This document shows, in pieces, positions 11,401-20,596 of a DNA stretch of 64,000 nucleotides. Source of the stretch: a bacterium (GTDB lineage: Bacteria > UBA10199 > 2-02-FULL-50-16 > JAJFLM01); contig CBDCFN010000016.1 in the NCBI GenBank assembly GCA_965216315.1, positions 1,952,001-2,016,000 on the forward strand. The letters run 5' to 3'. The number at the start of each line of letters is the position of its first letter. Positions within the stretch are counted from its first letter, which is position 1. The position numbers and the translations under genes are program-made. The notes below the pieces were generated by a model, which had not been told where the DNA came from, ran no database searches, and was given only the letters and a program-made list of their open reading frames with translations.

Positions 11401-14400
11401 CAAGTTTAAACTGCCTCAAGGTGAGGTCAAAGTTGGCAGTAGTTATCTTTATCTTTCCGGCGTCAATGAAAAGGTAGGCCTCAGCCTACGACCCCCGCGC
11501 GAGATCAAAGTCGACGTAAAACATACGCAAGACGGCATTACTTATGAAGTGAAAGGAACTTTAAAACCGAAAGGTCGCATCCACGCCTCTGTTAATCTAA
11601 AAGGCAAAAGCATTACCATCCACAAACCGAAAAATCCGCATAGTTTTTCCGGCGATGTTGAGATCGTCGCCAAAGATAGTACCGGAAAAATTATTGGTAG
11701 CGGAAAAGTCGGGCTGGAAACAAAGTACAAGGTCAGTGGAACTGCAGGAACGGCTCGGGCCCGTTTCGATATCAGTGTTCCCAGTACAATTCTCTCTGGT
11801 GAACTGACCCACCCCGTGACCACTCAGGGCATAACTATTGCTAAAGGTCTGCGCTTTAAAATTCCCATCACGGGGTTCAAAGGCAAGATAAGTGCCGATT
11901 TCACCAACTCAAATAATCCCAGCATGACCAGCACATGGACGCTGCCGAGTGTCGGCTCCGGCGACAGTGTTCCCGAGGTAACCATCCCTGGGATCCAACT
12001 CGCCGGTCTCGGCGAAAAGGGACATCTTCAGGATATGACAGTCAACTTCCACCTCAACCCCAAAGGACAACAGGTGAAAGTCGACGCGAGCAAAACCGGC
12101 GGCATTACCTTTAGAGCTCTACCCGGACCCAGCGGCAAACCACGTAAGATTGAATTATCCTTTGCAGTCGATGAAAAAGGCAACAAGGTCAAGATCGCCG
12201 GCACCAGCACATCCTCCGCTTTAGTCAGTGGAAATGTCTTGCCAAACGGCGAAATCAAGATAGATGTAAGCCAGCTTTTGGTCGACAGCAAGACCAATGG
12301 AGCCGTTAAACAACCTGTTCAACTTGATTTAAATGGTCTGAATACACTTGCGAAGCTCCCGGGACTGCAGGTCTATTTCAATCCGCAGACTAAAAAGGTC
12401 CGCTTCGTCGTCAAAGCCGCTCCCTACAAAATGCCGGCTCAACCGAAAAGCTTTCAAGATTTCTTCAAATGGACCCCGCAGCAGTGGAAAAAGTACTATG
12501 CGGATGTTAACAAGCAGCAGCACCTCTTGCGCATGTCGGAACCCAACGTCGATGCCCTGCGCAAGGGAGCCGGCCTGCACATCCCGGCGGGTAAAGGCGA
12601 CATCCTCGTCAACCTGAAAAAATCGATTGATATCACCTTCCCGCTCGATAATCAGTTAGCAAGTAAAGTAACCGCGGGACTTAATGCAGTGCTCGATATC
12701 CGTCGCGCGCAACCCGCTCCTCCACCCTGCAACAAGCGCTGTCCGGCCATCATCCTGTCTCATAACCAAGACCCCAAGGGTGTCCTGTATTTCACTGAAA
12801 CACTGGATTCAAAGGGACAGCCGCGGATTCATCCGGATCTTCCGGGACTTCTCGAAAAAGGTTTGGGCATCAAGCGTGATGATGTCGATAAGCTTCTGCA
12901 GGATCGACGTATCGGCCTCCCTGAAGTTATTGACCACGTGTATAAAGATAAGAACGTCAGTCGCTATTTCAGCAAAGCCGATATAGAAAGTCTCCTCAAG
13001 ACTTATCTGACTTCTCCGGTGCCCAACGGAACCTTCCGTCAAATGGCACTCCGCTCCCTGGTAACATTAGCCACGATCCGTAAGATTGGCGATCTTAACA
13101 AGCCTCACAATAAACGTCTCCCCGTCCATGGCCATGTATTTGGACCGGATAGCTATCACAGCGTCTCCAAAGGAGATGGCAGTAACATGCAGTTCTTGGG
13201 TGTTCTGCCGGTTGACCCAGCCAAACTCGAAACCATTTTCAAAAACCCTCGCTTGATGGGGAAATGGGACCACTGGGTGGATCAAATCAAAGTCACCGGC
13301 AATGTCGTTAGCGGACGCCTTCTGCGTAAATATAAATTCACCGTCACGACAACGACGGCGCGCGAAGGCAACATTCGCCTCATTCATTTCCATCTAAAGC
13401 CCAAAAAGGGTGACAAGATGAAGGCCTATACGCGAACGGTCCGCCTCGTTCCCGTAAAGAATGTCAAAGATCCCAAGACCGGGCGCGTTATCAAACAAGG
13501 CACCCTCGTCATGATGGACGAGCATGCCGACTTCGAAGGTCGCGATACCGATCTCCCCTTCCCGCGGACGCGCATTCCCGTGAAGCCAAAGATAGCCTGG
13601 AAAGGTTTTCTAGAGGGAACACTCCGCGTTGTCGAGCCACCGACAAGTAACGTTTCCAAACACGGAATGAATCGTTTTGCGGTCTCGGCGAGCAACCTAC
13701 TCGCCCTGGCAAAAGGAGCGAAACCGGCCTTATCATATGACTCAAGCAGAGGAAGCCAGAGTAAGACGGTCCGCCGTGTCGATTTCCTCACGATGGGACA
13801 AAACAAGAGTTCGCAATGGGTCTTAAAGATAGACCAGAATGCCCGTTCCAATGATGTCCAACCCTATTTCAAGGCCTTGGGCATCCCAGATGCCAAGATC
13901 AATCAATGGATCAATAAAAAGGAACTCCCCCTGGACGATCTCAGAACCTTATCGGGCTTGGATCAATACCTCGACGAGGCGTCGTTCCGCGCGCTGGCCC
14001 ATGCGACGCTGAATCCATCGAGTTCTCAATTTGGTTCCACAACAGAGCGCTATTTCGTCACGCTCGGCCACTTCAAGAAACGCGCCAAGGCCTTACAAAC
14101 CCGCAGTGGCAAGCAATTGAAAGGTGATATCATCGTCTTTAAAGATAGTCGCTTCCATCCCAAAATTTCGCAGAAGAGTCGACGTCAAGGTGATACTGTC
14201 GATTCATTAGGATTCTACTACATACCCGGAACGCTTAATTGGCGTGGCACCAACATGAAACTAGACATCGATAAATTTACGGGAACTATTCACCATGCCG
14301 AGGATTACGCTCGCTTAGACGGTGGCAATTTCGGCAGCTCCAAGGTTATTCCGCACGCGACCTTGTCAGACCCGAGTAAGTCTCCCTCTCTCGCTGGGTC

Positions 14401-14839
14401 TGCCAAGGTCGACACAAATCGGGTCTATACAGGATCTCGCATCGATCTGCCGGGCGGGCTCAAATTGAATTATTTGATTAGCAGTCCCAAGGCTCCGGCC
14501 AAGGTTCACGGGAGCCGCATTTCGGCCTGGAAACTTGAACCGTCCCCACAAATGAATGATTTCTCCGACAATACCGGCTACTGGTTGGTTATCCCGGCGA
14601 AGCAAGGCGGCTTCTTCGTCTTGCGTGCTGGCATCCTGAACTCAAGCTCCGGAAGCGACAGTACGGGAACCGTCGCGGAAACCGGTCGTAAAGGCGTCGT
14701 TAATTTCATGGAGGCCATCGTCACCTCAGCACTTGAATATCAACGCACTGGTAAACGCACGGCCTGGAAGAGCAGCATGGGCCGTGTCCTCGATTATCAA
14801 GTCGGCCAAGTCCTCAACGAGTCCGGCAAGCCCCTCTAA
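8435..14839 (+). CDS. giant hypothetical protein (2134 aa): long beta-strand-rich region plus two C-terminal START/SRPBCC-like repeats
   Basis: Long uninterrupted ORF; alternating hydrophobic/Gly strand pattern; duplicated C-terminal module seen by eye. Confidence 0.75.
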   Translation: MSMGDGAIPKGSNSPGDNSIQPTDQRNVVGTNSAGPSTAFQSQPQLPIDGFLDISLSGRLPHRGKDGRGPWFVDRHRSLERFGGEFAVRGGPFEVNGKLPIRNGFLDLSGNILNLTGLKFYDVGGGTVSGNLWSADGALFTAKRISLDENGVPRLYGSTLFGAPFDDKLRIVGNNPYVFPYGLNAGGELICHANNRDTVVTPFAASSSLRDNGLPSSWALTSMLGLGDEMKDVANTVSDAGILELYSMVFHQSTSDLEYARSELTNYQQTISQMDAASFRVFYGQLYELDDGRLSRIPDDFLNKAHAAFAKDLIFNAAPRGCRPDPSFDISNMPDWMKNDPLMLIDNARINGDFAFTDSHIRLPSLQGKPPVSVLLGGGVTKATVDVSYKNPELIAWKGGERDKATLANLRHEREFNAAIKTQFDIVSVKLGDKELRIPLSGNMDLTAQLKGLFPTRKPENLTAYIMMNGLVTLNGDIVVPALDGMPEIKIERGKGTNQVSAKNFSLTHKNGLITVGGELDAHFNFNKLQIGNITAPGPHNIDLSVKADEKAVVMELGGRMTLPRSGYPIPLQVALSRGYLELDKLKVVIDNPSSIDNVKGTFGGTIALKDLAGTVDSHPVTANAAVTIKDGRFTFKQGQIDADFKLGIDAKGTINNQGVDIQLQSDVGIHDSGVCQVDGTSLSWRHIGMQNVGGSIKANFNGIGIDAPKGSFGDGTVAEFDGQVISPGIHMKADVDGPRFGLFATTTINTQVKGVQIATPQGKFEISGQLVGTMKFVNISKDPKVPDFKPVVGSMRFELRNGQVAMIEGGSKLNVLNGATLEIKDNDQGVFSLIAHNRINLGGAMAKFGLGDIRKTLGLPGSVSNHLKISEIKIDPAGIHQHYPEMTPAVFGLANDPLLKIGPTGNEQWHQTNPPDFCPADPTTYSTQPVATYYDPGTIDTINIPSIILRATGGGTTLLSAHGGAKISGLTTDEPKAKYHLGTTLKGRKFKLPQGEVKVGSSYLYLSGVNEKVGLSLRPPREIKVDVKHTQDGITYEVKGTLKPKGRIHASVNLKGKSITIHKPKNPHSFSGDVEIVAKDSTGKIIGSGKVGLETKYKVSGTAGTARARFDISVPSTILSGELTHPVTTQGITIAKGLRFKIPITGFKGKISADFTNSNNPSMTSTWTLPSVGSGDSVPEVTIPGIQLAGLGEKGHLQDMTVNFHLNPKGQQVKVDASKTGGITFRALPGPSGKPRKIELSFAVDEKGNKVKIAGTSTSSALVSGNVLPNGEIKIDVSQLLVDSKTNGAVKQPVQLDLNGLNTLAKLPGLQVYFNPQTKKVRFVVKAAPYKMPAQPKSFQDFFKWTPQQWKKYYADVNKQQHLLRMSEPNVDALRKGAGLHIPAGKGDILVNLKKSIDITFPLDNQLASKVTAGLNAVLDIRRAQPAPPPCNKRCPAIILSHNQDPKGVLYFTETLDSKGQPRIHPDLPGLLEKGLGIKRDDVDKLLQDRRIGLPEVIDHVYKDKNVSRYFSKADIESLLKTYLTSPVPNGTFRQMALRSLVTLATIRKIGDLNKPHNKRLPVHGHVFGPDSYHSVSKGDGSNMQFLGVLPVDPAKLETIFKNPRLMGKWDHWVDQIKVTGNVVSGRLLRKYKFTVTTTTAREGNIRLIHFHLKPKKGDKMKAYTRTVRLVPVKNVKDPKTGRVIKQGTLVMMDEHADFEGRDTDLPFPRTRIPVKPKIAWKGFLEGTLRVVEPPTSNVSKHGMNRFAVSASNLLALAKGAKPALSYDSSRGSQSKTVRRVDFLTMGQNKSSQWVLKIDQNARSNDVQPYFKALGIPDAKINQWINKKELPLDDLRTLSGLDQYLDEASFRALAHATLNPSSSQFGSTTERYFVTLGHFKKRAKALQTRSGKQLKGDIIVFKDSRFHPKISQKSRRQGDTVDSLGFYYIPGTLNWRGTNMKLDIDKFTGTIHHAEDYARLDGGNFGSSKVIPHATLSDPSKSPSLAGSAKVDTNRVYTGSRIDLPGGLKLNYLISSPKAPAKVHGSRISAWKLEPSPQMNDFSDNTGYWLVIPAKQGGFFVLRAGILNSSSGSDSTGTVAETGRKGVVNFMEAIVTSALEYQRTGKRTAWKSSMGRVLDYQVGQVLNESGKPL

Positions 14840-14897
14840 TCCGCGGGGCTAAATAGCTCTAGCCTTATCCAGTCGAGTCCCTTAGTATTTCGCCCTC

Positions 14898-15566
14898 ATG
14901 GCTTCCACCTCCGTGCGCCATTTCAAAAGGTCTGCATTGATAGCGGCCGTTATCAATGGAATTGCCGCCTTATTAATGTTGGTCGCCCTTCGAGACGGAC
15001 TCTTACCGAGTATCGACATCAATATCCGAGTCGCTTACATCAATGATCATCCGCTCCTCTGGAAATTATCCTGGTGCTGTTGGATTTTTGCGGCCATCAG
15101 CTTGATATATTTCTTTATTCAGTGGGGGCTCTGGCTGGATGAACATTCACAGCGAAAAAATCGAACATTGCTGGTTCCGGGGGTCCTGATAGGCTGTCTT
15201 GGACTCGCCGCGGATACAATCGCTGAAATCCTTTATATTGCTTATATCCCACAGCTCGCACGCGCGCTTCTCATCCCCGAGTTAGAGCGACTGGAGCCAT
15301 TCGTCGCGATGATGACGGGATTCTTAGGGAATGGCTTGTATTGCATCGGCGGCCTGTTCCTGACCACCGCGGCCTTAAAGAGCCTCCAACCTGTCAGGCG
15401 CTGGTTTGCTATGAGCCTCCCCGTATGGATCTTTGGCTTAGGCCTTTCGTGGAGTGCCTTCACTGAGTCAGCTATGGGCATGCAAGTCACGACGGCCCTT
15501 ACGATGACAACCTTTATTATCTGGGCAGGCTGTATTGGGTTCTTTTTTCCCAATCGAATTAAATAA
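14898..15566 (+). CDS. integral membrane protein, about 6 TM helices
   Basis: Hydrophobic ORF; first of a tightly packed three-gene operon. Confidence 0.75.
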   Translation: MASTSVRHFKRSALIAAVINGIAALLMLVALRDGLLPSIDINIRVAYINDHPLLWKLSWCCWIFAAISLIYFFIQWGLWLDEHSQRKNRTLLVPGVLIGCLGLAADTIAEILYIAYIPQLARALLIPELERLEPFVAMMTGFLGNGLYCIGGLFLTTAALKSLQPVRRWFAMSLPVWIFGLGLSWSAFTESAMGMQVTTALTMTTFIIWAGCIGFFFPNRIK

Positions 15567-15568
15567 AC

Positions 15569-16672
15569 ATGAGCACAGCGGTCGCGGTTATTGGAGGAAC
15601 GGGTGTATTTGGACAGTACATCGTCGAAGGATTACTTCAAAGCCCGATTGATTTTTCAATAACTGTCGCCGCCCGAAACAAAAAAACATTCGATAAGGTC
15701 TTTTCCGTGGTTTCACCCCGACTAACGTTCCAAAGTGTCGATCTCACCAATCCCGCCTCACTAGAGCAGCTTTTAGACGGAATTCAAATCGTCATTCTCG
15801 CCGCGGGGCCGTTCCAGGGATTTACGTCACAACTGGCGCTCACTGCCAGCCGTATGGGTGTCCATTATATTGATATCTGCGATGATCCCGCTTACATCGA
15901 ACGGCTCATCACCGTGTCCAAGGAACTCAATCAATCAAAAGCACTTCTTTTAAGCGGACTATCAAGCTTGCCCGGCATTTCGATGCGACTTATTGATATT
16001 GCGCATAATCGATTCGATCGGATTGACTCCGTTTCTATCGGTCTTTTTATCGGCAATAGTAATAAAAAAGGCCACGGAGCTGTCATGTCATCGCTTGACA
16101 GCCTCGACAAGACCGCTAGTGTTATTGAAAACGGGCAGCACAAAGAGATCCCTGTCTGGAGTGACAAGGAGCTGTATCTCTACCCGAAACCCATTGGAGT
16201 GATCCCCTCTTATTCCTTTAATTCACCCGATGCCCTCCTTGCCGCCCAGCATTTCAAGATTCGTGATTTACGGGTGAAAGTAGGATTTGAGTGGCGCCTG
16301 GCTCGCTGGTCCTTTTTGTTCTTCAAGCTTGCAACAAAATTTTGTAGCGTTCGACTGATTAAAGGCCTAGTCAGGGGCTTATTTCCCCTGTTTAGCTGGT
16401 TTCATCGCTTCGGATCTGAACGAGGTTGTGTGAGCGTCATCATGCGTGGCCACCAACAAAATGAGATTAAAACAGTGCGCGCATCACTCCTTGGACTTGA
16501 GAAAGGACAGAGAATGGCCAGCCTCCCTGCCGTGATCGCGGCCGAGGCCATCGCTAACAACGAGGTTCGAGGAACAGGTCTGACTGACCTTATTAGTTGG
16601 CTCCCCAGTAAAGCATTTCTGGACAAGCTCCAACAGAAAGGCTTTGAGCTGCGGATCGAGGAACTTAACTGA
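15569..16672 (+). CDS. saccharopine dehydrogenase-like NAD(P)-binding oxidoreductase
   Basis: GGTGVFG Rossmann motif, AAGPF, HYIDICD. Confidence 0.85.
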   Translation: MSTAVAVIGGTGVFGQYIVEGLLQSPIDFSITVAARNKKTFDKVFSVVSPRLTFQSVDLTNPASLEQLLDGIQIVILAAGPFQGFTSQLALTASRMGVHYIDICDDPAYIERLITVSKELNQSKALLLSGLSSLPGISMRLIDIAHNRFDRIDSVSIGLFIGNSNKKGHGAVMSSLDSLDKTASVIENGQHKEIPVWSDKELYLYPKPIGVIPSYSFNSPDALLAAQHFKIRDLRVKVGFEWRLARWSFLFFKLATKFCSVRLIKGLVRGLFPLFSWFHRFGSERGCVSVIMRGHQQNEIKTVRASLLGLEKGQRMASLPAVIAAEAIANNEVRGTGLTDLISWLPSKAFLDKLQQKGFELRIEELN

Positions 16673-17136
16673 TGTATGCCGCGCTTAAAATCATTCATAT
16701 TCTGGCCCTCATCCTATGGCTGGGCCCGGCTATCGGCGCCTACTGGATCCTCCTGAAAATGGGAGACCATGTATCGAGCCAACAAAGGCTTGTCATGGAA
16801 AGAGCCTATGAATTCGTGCTGCGCGTTGAACACTTTGCTTTTCTCATTGTGATTGCGTCGGGATTAGGATTGCTTCATGTAATCGGGAGCGTATTCCTTA
16901 AAGTAGATTGGTTTCTCACCAAGCTCTACCTGATCGCTGGTATCGTTCTCATCGAAATCTTTGATATTTACTTATCTCATTTTTTATTTCGAAGATTAAT
17001 TCGGAAAAGTGGTGAACCTTCGAGTCAGGCATGGAAGCAATTTACCAAAAACAGAAACATTTTTTATTTTATCAGTGTTCCTATTCTTTTATTTTTGGTC
17101 ATTGCCATTCTTTATCTGGTGATTTTCAAGCCCTAG
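16672..17136 (+). CDS. small 4-TM membrane protein (DUF2269/CopD-like)
   Basis: LKIIHIL start, LVIFKP end, four hydrophobic helices; 1-nt overlap with upstream stop. Confidence 0.65.
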   Translation: MYAALKIIHILALILWLGPAIGAYWILLKMGDHVSSQQRLVMERAYEFVLRVEHFAFLIVIASGLGLLHVIGSVFLKVDWFLTKLYLIAGIVLIEIFDIYLSHFLFRRLIRKSGEPSSQAWKQFTKNRNIFYFISVPILLFLVIAILYLVIFKP

Positions 17137-17145
17137 CAAACATTC

Positions 17146-17742
17146 TTAGGAACGTTTTTTCTTGGGCTCTAAGCGAAAGGAATCAAAGAACGTCTGAATA
17201 CTCGCCAAATCGGGTTTACTGTGGTCCGTCGTTGCGACCAGAACATACAACCGCTTCTGTACCAAATAAAACCGAGCCTGACCGAGTTGAGAAGGCACTC
17301 GGCTACTATTCAGCACCTTAAAATCCATCTCAGCTGCAAAATAGGGCCCCCACTTGGTAATGCGAAAATCGCGAATTTCACCTTTAGCCGCCTCAAGAAG
17401 TGCTTTCTTAGCCTCACGAAAGATCTTTTTATACCCTCCAAACATGACCGCTATGCCGGGTAGATCCGAATACGAGGCATCAAGCTCGAGATTGTGCCCC
17501 CGCCAGCTAAACAGATGCTCTTCGATATCGCCCAGTGGGCTGTTGACTATTTCATAATGATAAGAGGCTTGGCCGGGCAATAACATGCTGGCGCCTCCGG
17601 CCTCGGAGGTAAACCGTTCCCAGGAGCGCGACCGCGCAAAAGTAGCGCTGCTTAGTATGAGGCAAAGCAAAATAAGTAAGGAATATCGCCCTATTAGAAG
17701 TAGCGATTGGGTCATGCTTGATTGTACCGTGATCTTGCTCAA
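17146..17742 (-). CDS. exported hypothetical protein (PsbP/DcrB-like fold possible)
   Basis: Signal-like N-terminus; RLYVLVAT...FFDSFRL C-terminal pattern. Confidence 0.6.
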   Translation of the reverse strand: MSKITVQSSMTQSLLLIGRYSLLILLCLILSSATFARSRSWERFTSEAGGASMLLPGQASYHYEIVNSPLGDIEEHLFSWRGHNLELDASYSDLPGIAVMFGGYKKIFREAKKALLEAAKGEIRDFRITKWGPYFAAEMDFKVLNSSRVPSQLGQARFYLVQKRLYVLVATTDHSKPDLASIQTFFDSFRLEPKKKRS

Positions 17743-17753
17743 AAGAGGAGCAA

Positions 17754-18542
17754 TTAATCGCGACCGGGGTATTTTCCTGCCAACGCCGCGCGAATAATGT
17801 CGAGAACATCCGAACTGAAATCAGCTTTGTCCGCCATCCACTGCAAATAGTTACGTTGATGCGCGACCATATCGCGTAAACGCATCCCTTTATGTTTACC
17901 GAAATTAATGACCGCCTCACCAGCCACCCAGACGAACTTGCCATTATAATCGACATAACGCGGATTCTTTTCGTGACAGTAATCGTGGAGACCTGTGCCG
18001 TCCGCTGGAAGGTCATACCGAGTCACCTGCGCCAATAGAATTTCAGCCGTCGCCTCGGCATCGGCCAATGCAGTATGGGCATTACCATGGTCGCGATCTA
18101 AATAATACTGTACTGCAGCAGATAGGTCGCGTCGTTCATTGCGATGATAAATCGTCATCGCATCGATCAGCTTTCTGTCTTCCGCAAACCCTACGATGCC
18201 AGCATCTTCGAATTCACGGACCAAAATCGGCAGGTCAAACTTTTCCATATTAAAACCGGCGAGGTCACAGGCATCGAGCATTTCGAAGATCTTCGGAGCC
18301 AACTGCGCAAACGAGGGCTGATCCTTTACCATCTCATCAGAAATGCCATGAATTTCCGTTGCCTCTTTGGGAATAGGAATGCCGGGATTGATCAGCAGCT
18401 CTTCACGGACGTCGATGACTCCCTCCGCATTGAGGCGTACCATTCCAAATTGGACGATCTTGGTTGTAGCGACGTCTACGCCGGTTGTCTCCAGGTCAAA
18501 GACGGCGATCGGCCGAGTCAGCTTGAGAGGCCCGTCAGACAT
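17754..18542 (-). CDS. DEDDh 3'-5' exonuclease (DNA polymerase III epsilon-like)
   Basis: FDLETTG, FNMEKFDL, HTALADA motifs; C-terminal FGKHKG...YLQW module. Confidence 0.9.
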   Translation of the reverse strand: MSDGPLKLTRPIAVFDLETTGVDVATTKIVQFGMVRLNAEGVIDVREELLINPGIPIPKEATEIHGISDEMVKDQPSFAQLAPKIFEMLDACDLAGFNMEKFDLPILVREFEDAGIVGFAEDRKLIDAMTIYHRNERRDLSAAVQYYLDRDHGNAHTALADAEATAEILLAQVTRYDLPADGTGLHDYCHEKNPRYVDYNGKFVWVAGEAVINFGKHKGMRLRDMVAHQRNYLQWMADKADFSSDVLDIIRAALAGKYPGRD

Positions 18543-18625
18543 ATCCTATCGGTAGCCTTTAGGCCTTGTGGATGTCTAATGATTTCTCAGGGCAACTTTT
18601 CAGGGCGACGTGCGATAGGAGAGCC

Positions 18626-19324
18626 ATGCACGTAGGCCCCCTAAACAGCATTTCGGCCGCTCTCCTGCAGGGCATTGCGGAGACGGTCACCTATCAGCAC
18701 GTCGCCGAAGATTTGCTCAGACAGGCTGTCACCTTAGATGAAATCAGCCGACACGCGATTGTCTCCGGTTTCGGAGATATCGATGATGCAACCGAAACCC
18801 TCACCCTCGATCCAAATCGCATCAAAGATCCGGATGCATTTCTACGGGCACAAGAAGTCTTTGATAAGGTTCGAAGCTACGTTAACCACCTCGGAGAGCA
18901 GATCCCGCTGCTGGAAGATGTACTCTCCAAATTAGACTACTGGTCGCACAGCATGTCACATGTTTTTCACCTCTTCGACCAAACGCCACGGGTGATCGGC
19001 TACATCCACAATGTACAACGCAATCACATTTCCTACGAACCGGTCGAACGCTTTGATGTCCGCTATGCCCTCCAACACTATCTCGGCCTGGCGCCGGACC
19101 CTGTTTTCGGTTCTGGCATTGCTTACACGGATCCACAGGTCATTGACACACTCACGCCGTTCGGTTTCGGCGTTACAGTTTACCTGAATATCGCGCTGAA
19201 CCCGGATCTTATTGCGGAGGGAAGACTTCCCAGTCGCTTCGAATTTGGTAGGATCTCCAGGCCTGTCACTCCAGCCCCCGTCACTGTTGAATCCGACGGA
19301 ACCATACGCTTAGCAGCCGTCTAG
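18626..19324 (+). CDS. hypothetical protein
   Basis: ORF 18566-19324; ATG at 18626 follows AGGAG RBS. Confidence 0.6.
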   Translation: MHVGPLNSISAALLQGIAETVTYQHVAEDLLRQAVTLDEISRHAIVSGFGDIDDATETLTLDPNRIKDPDAFLRAQEVFDKVRSYVNHLGEQIPLLEDVLSKLDYWSHSMSHVFHLFDQTPRVIGYIHNVQRNHISYEPVERFDVRYALQHYLGLAPDPVFGSGIAYTDPQVIDTLTPFGFGVTVYLNIALNPDLIAEGRLPSRFEFGRISRPVTPAPVTVESDGTIRLAAV

Positions 19325-20016
19325 CTACCATCAACAGTGAGGAAGCGGCCGCTGAGATATTTGAAGAGCTGAAATCCCACGACAGTGATGATGACTAACG
19401 CAAAGGGGCCCCAGACCTGATAGTTCGCCCAGGTTGCCGGGTCAGCGAGGCTCATCTTTTGGCCGGCCGCACCGAAAGATGTATATATAAAGGTGAGAGG
19501 TGCAACTCCTATAAGGGTCGCAAAAAAGAAATCTCGTAACTTGATCTTCGTCAGTCCCAGGCCATAGTGCAGGATCACCACGGGAGTCAAAGGCGGTAAA
19601 CGGAGCAAGAGAACCGAATGAAAGCTGGGGTTTTTAATATAATGCTCCCAGCGGCTGAGCCGTTCCGAGCGCGGCAACCATTTTTCAATACCACCTCTTC
19701 CCAACCAACGAGCTAACAAGAAGCAAATCGTTCCGCTCAGCATGGCACTCGTCAAATTCACCAGCGTTCCCATCAACACCCCAAAAAGCAATCCCCCGGT
19801 GACCGTCAAAATGAAACGTGGAAAAAAAAAGGTCGTGGCCACGACATAAAAAGCGCCATAACAAAGCGGGGCATATATTCCCTGGCTCCGAACCCATAAT
19901 AGTAGCCCAGATAAGCCATCTTCAGCGAGATAGGTGCCGAGCGGTGTCAAAAAATAAAGCCCCGCAACAGTCAAGACCAGGGCCAGTAGAAACATCATGC
20001 GATAGAGAGGGCTCAT
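19321..20016 (-). CDS. TVP38/TMEM64 (DedA/VTT) family membrane protein
   Basis: GGLLFG, LARWLGR, LLRLPP motifs. Confidence 0.88.
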   Translation of the reverse strand: MSPLYRMMFLLALVLTVAGLYFLTPLGTYLAEDGLSGLLLWVRSQGIYAPLCYGAFYVVATTFFFPRFILTVTGGLLFGVLMGTLVNLTSAMLSGTICFLLARWLGRGGIEKWLPRSERLSRWEHYIKNPSFHSVLLLRLPPLTPVVILHYGLGLTKIKLRDFFFATLIGVAPLTFIYTSFGAAGQKMSLADPATWANYQVWGPFALVIITVVGFQLFKYLSGRFLTVDGS

Positions 20017-20028
20017 GGAAAACGTCGC

Positions 20029-20454
20029 TTACTTGGCAAATCTCCTAACTATCCAGGAATCCACGGAAAACTTGCCCGGTCCCGTCACCAACAGCGTCAG
20101 ATAAGGAATTAAATACAGGAGCGCAAATTCCTGTTTCGAAAAGGGATCGTCGGCGTGAATAATAAAAATCGCGACCAGCATCGTAAAAGCGAGCGGAATC
20201 GCGGCCAGTCGCGTCAACAAACCAATCACTAGAGCTAATGAACAAAAAAATTCCGCGGACCCGGCCAAAAACAACGACGCCGCCGGTCCGATCCCGATCG
20301 GGTCGGCAAATTTTACCTCGCCGGCCTGAAAAAAGGCCTCGATCTTGCCCCAGCCGTGTGAAAACGCCATCATTAGCCCCACACTGACCCGCAACAATAA
20401 CAGGCCCAGGTCACTCGCCGAACCGGCCTTATCAGGCACCAAACAATTCATCAT
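20029..20454 (-). CDS. DoxX family membrane protein
   Basis: LLLLRV...HGWGK, GLLTRLAA, GPGKFSVD. Confidence 0.92.
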   Translation of the reverse strand: MMNCLVPDKAGSASDLGLLLLRVSVGLMMAFSHGWGKIEAFFQAGEVKFADPIGIGPAASLFLAGSAEFFCSLALVIGLLTRLAAIPLAFTMLVAIFIIHADDPFSKQEFALLYLIPYLTLLVTGPGKFSVDSWIVRRFAK

Positions 20455-20596
20455 TGTATCTCCCCTCGCTTTCCTATATACCGCTCATCTAAATAGCGGC
20501 ACCAAAAAAAATGAAACCATCTCCTAACTACATAAGGCTAAACGGTGCTATCTGGCCAGAAAAACCTTGTCACGTTAAACCAAATTACTAATTTTC

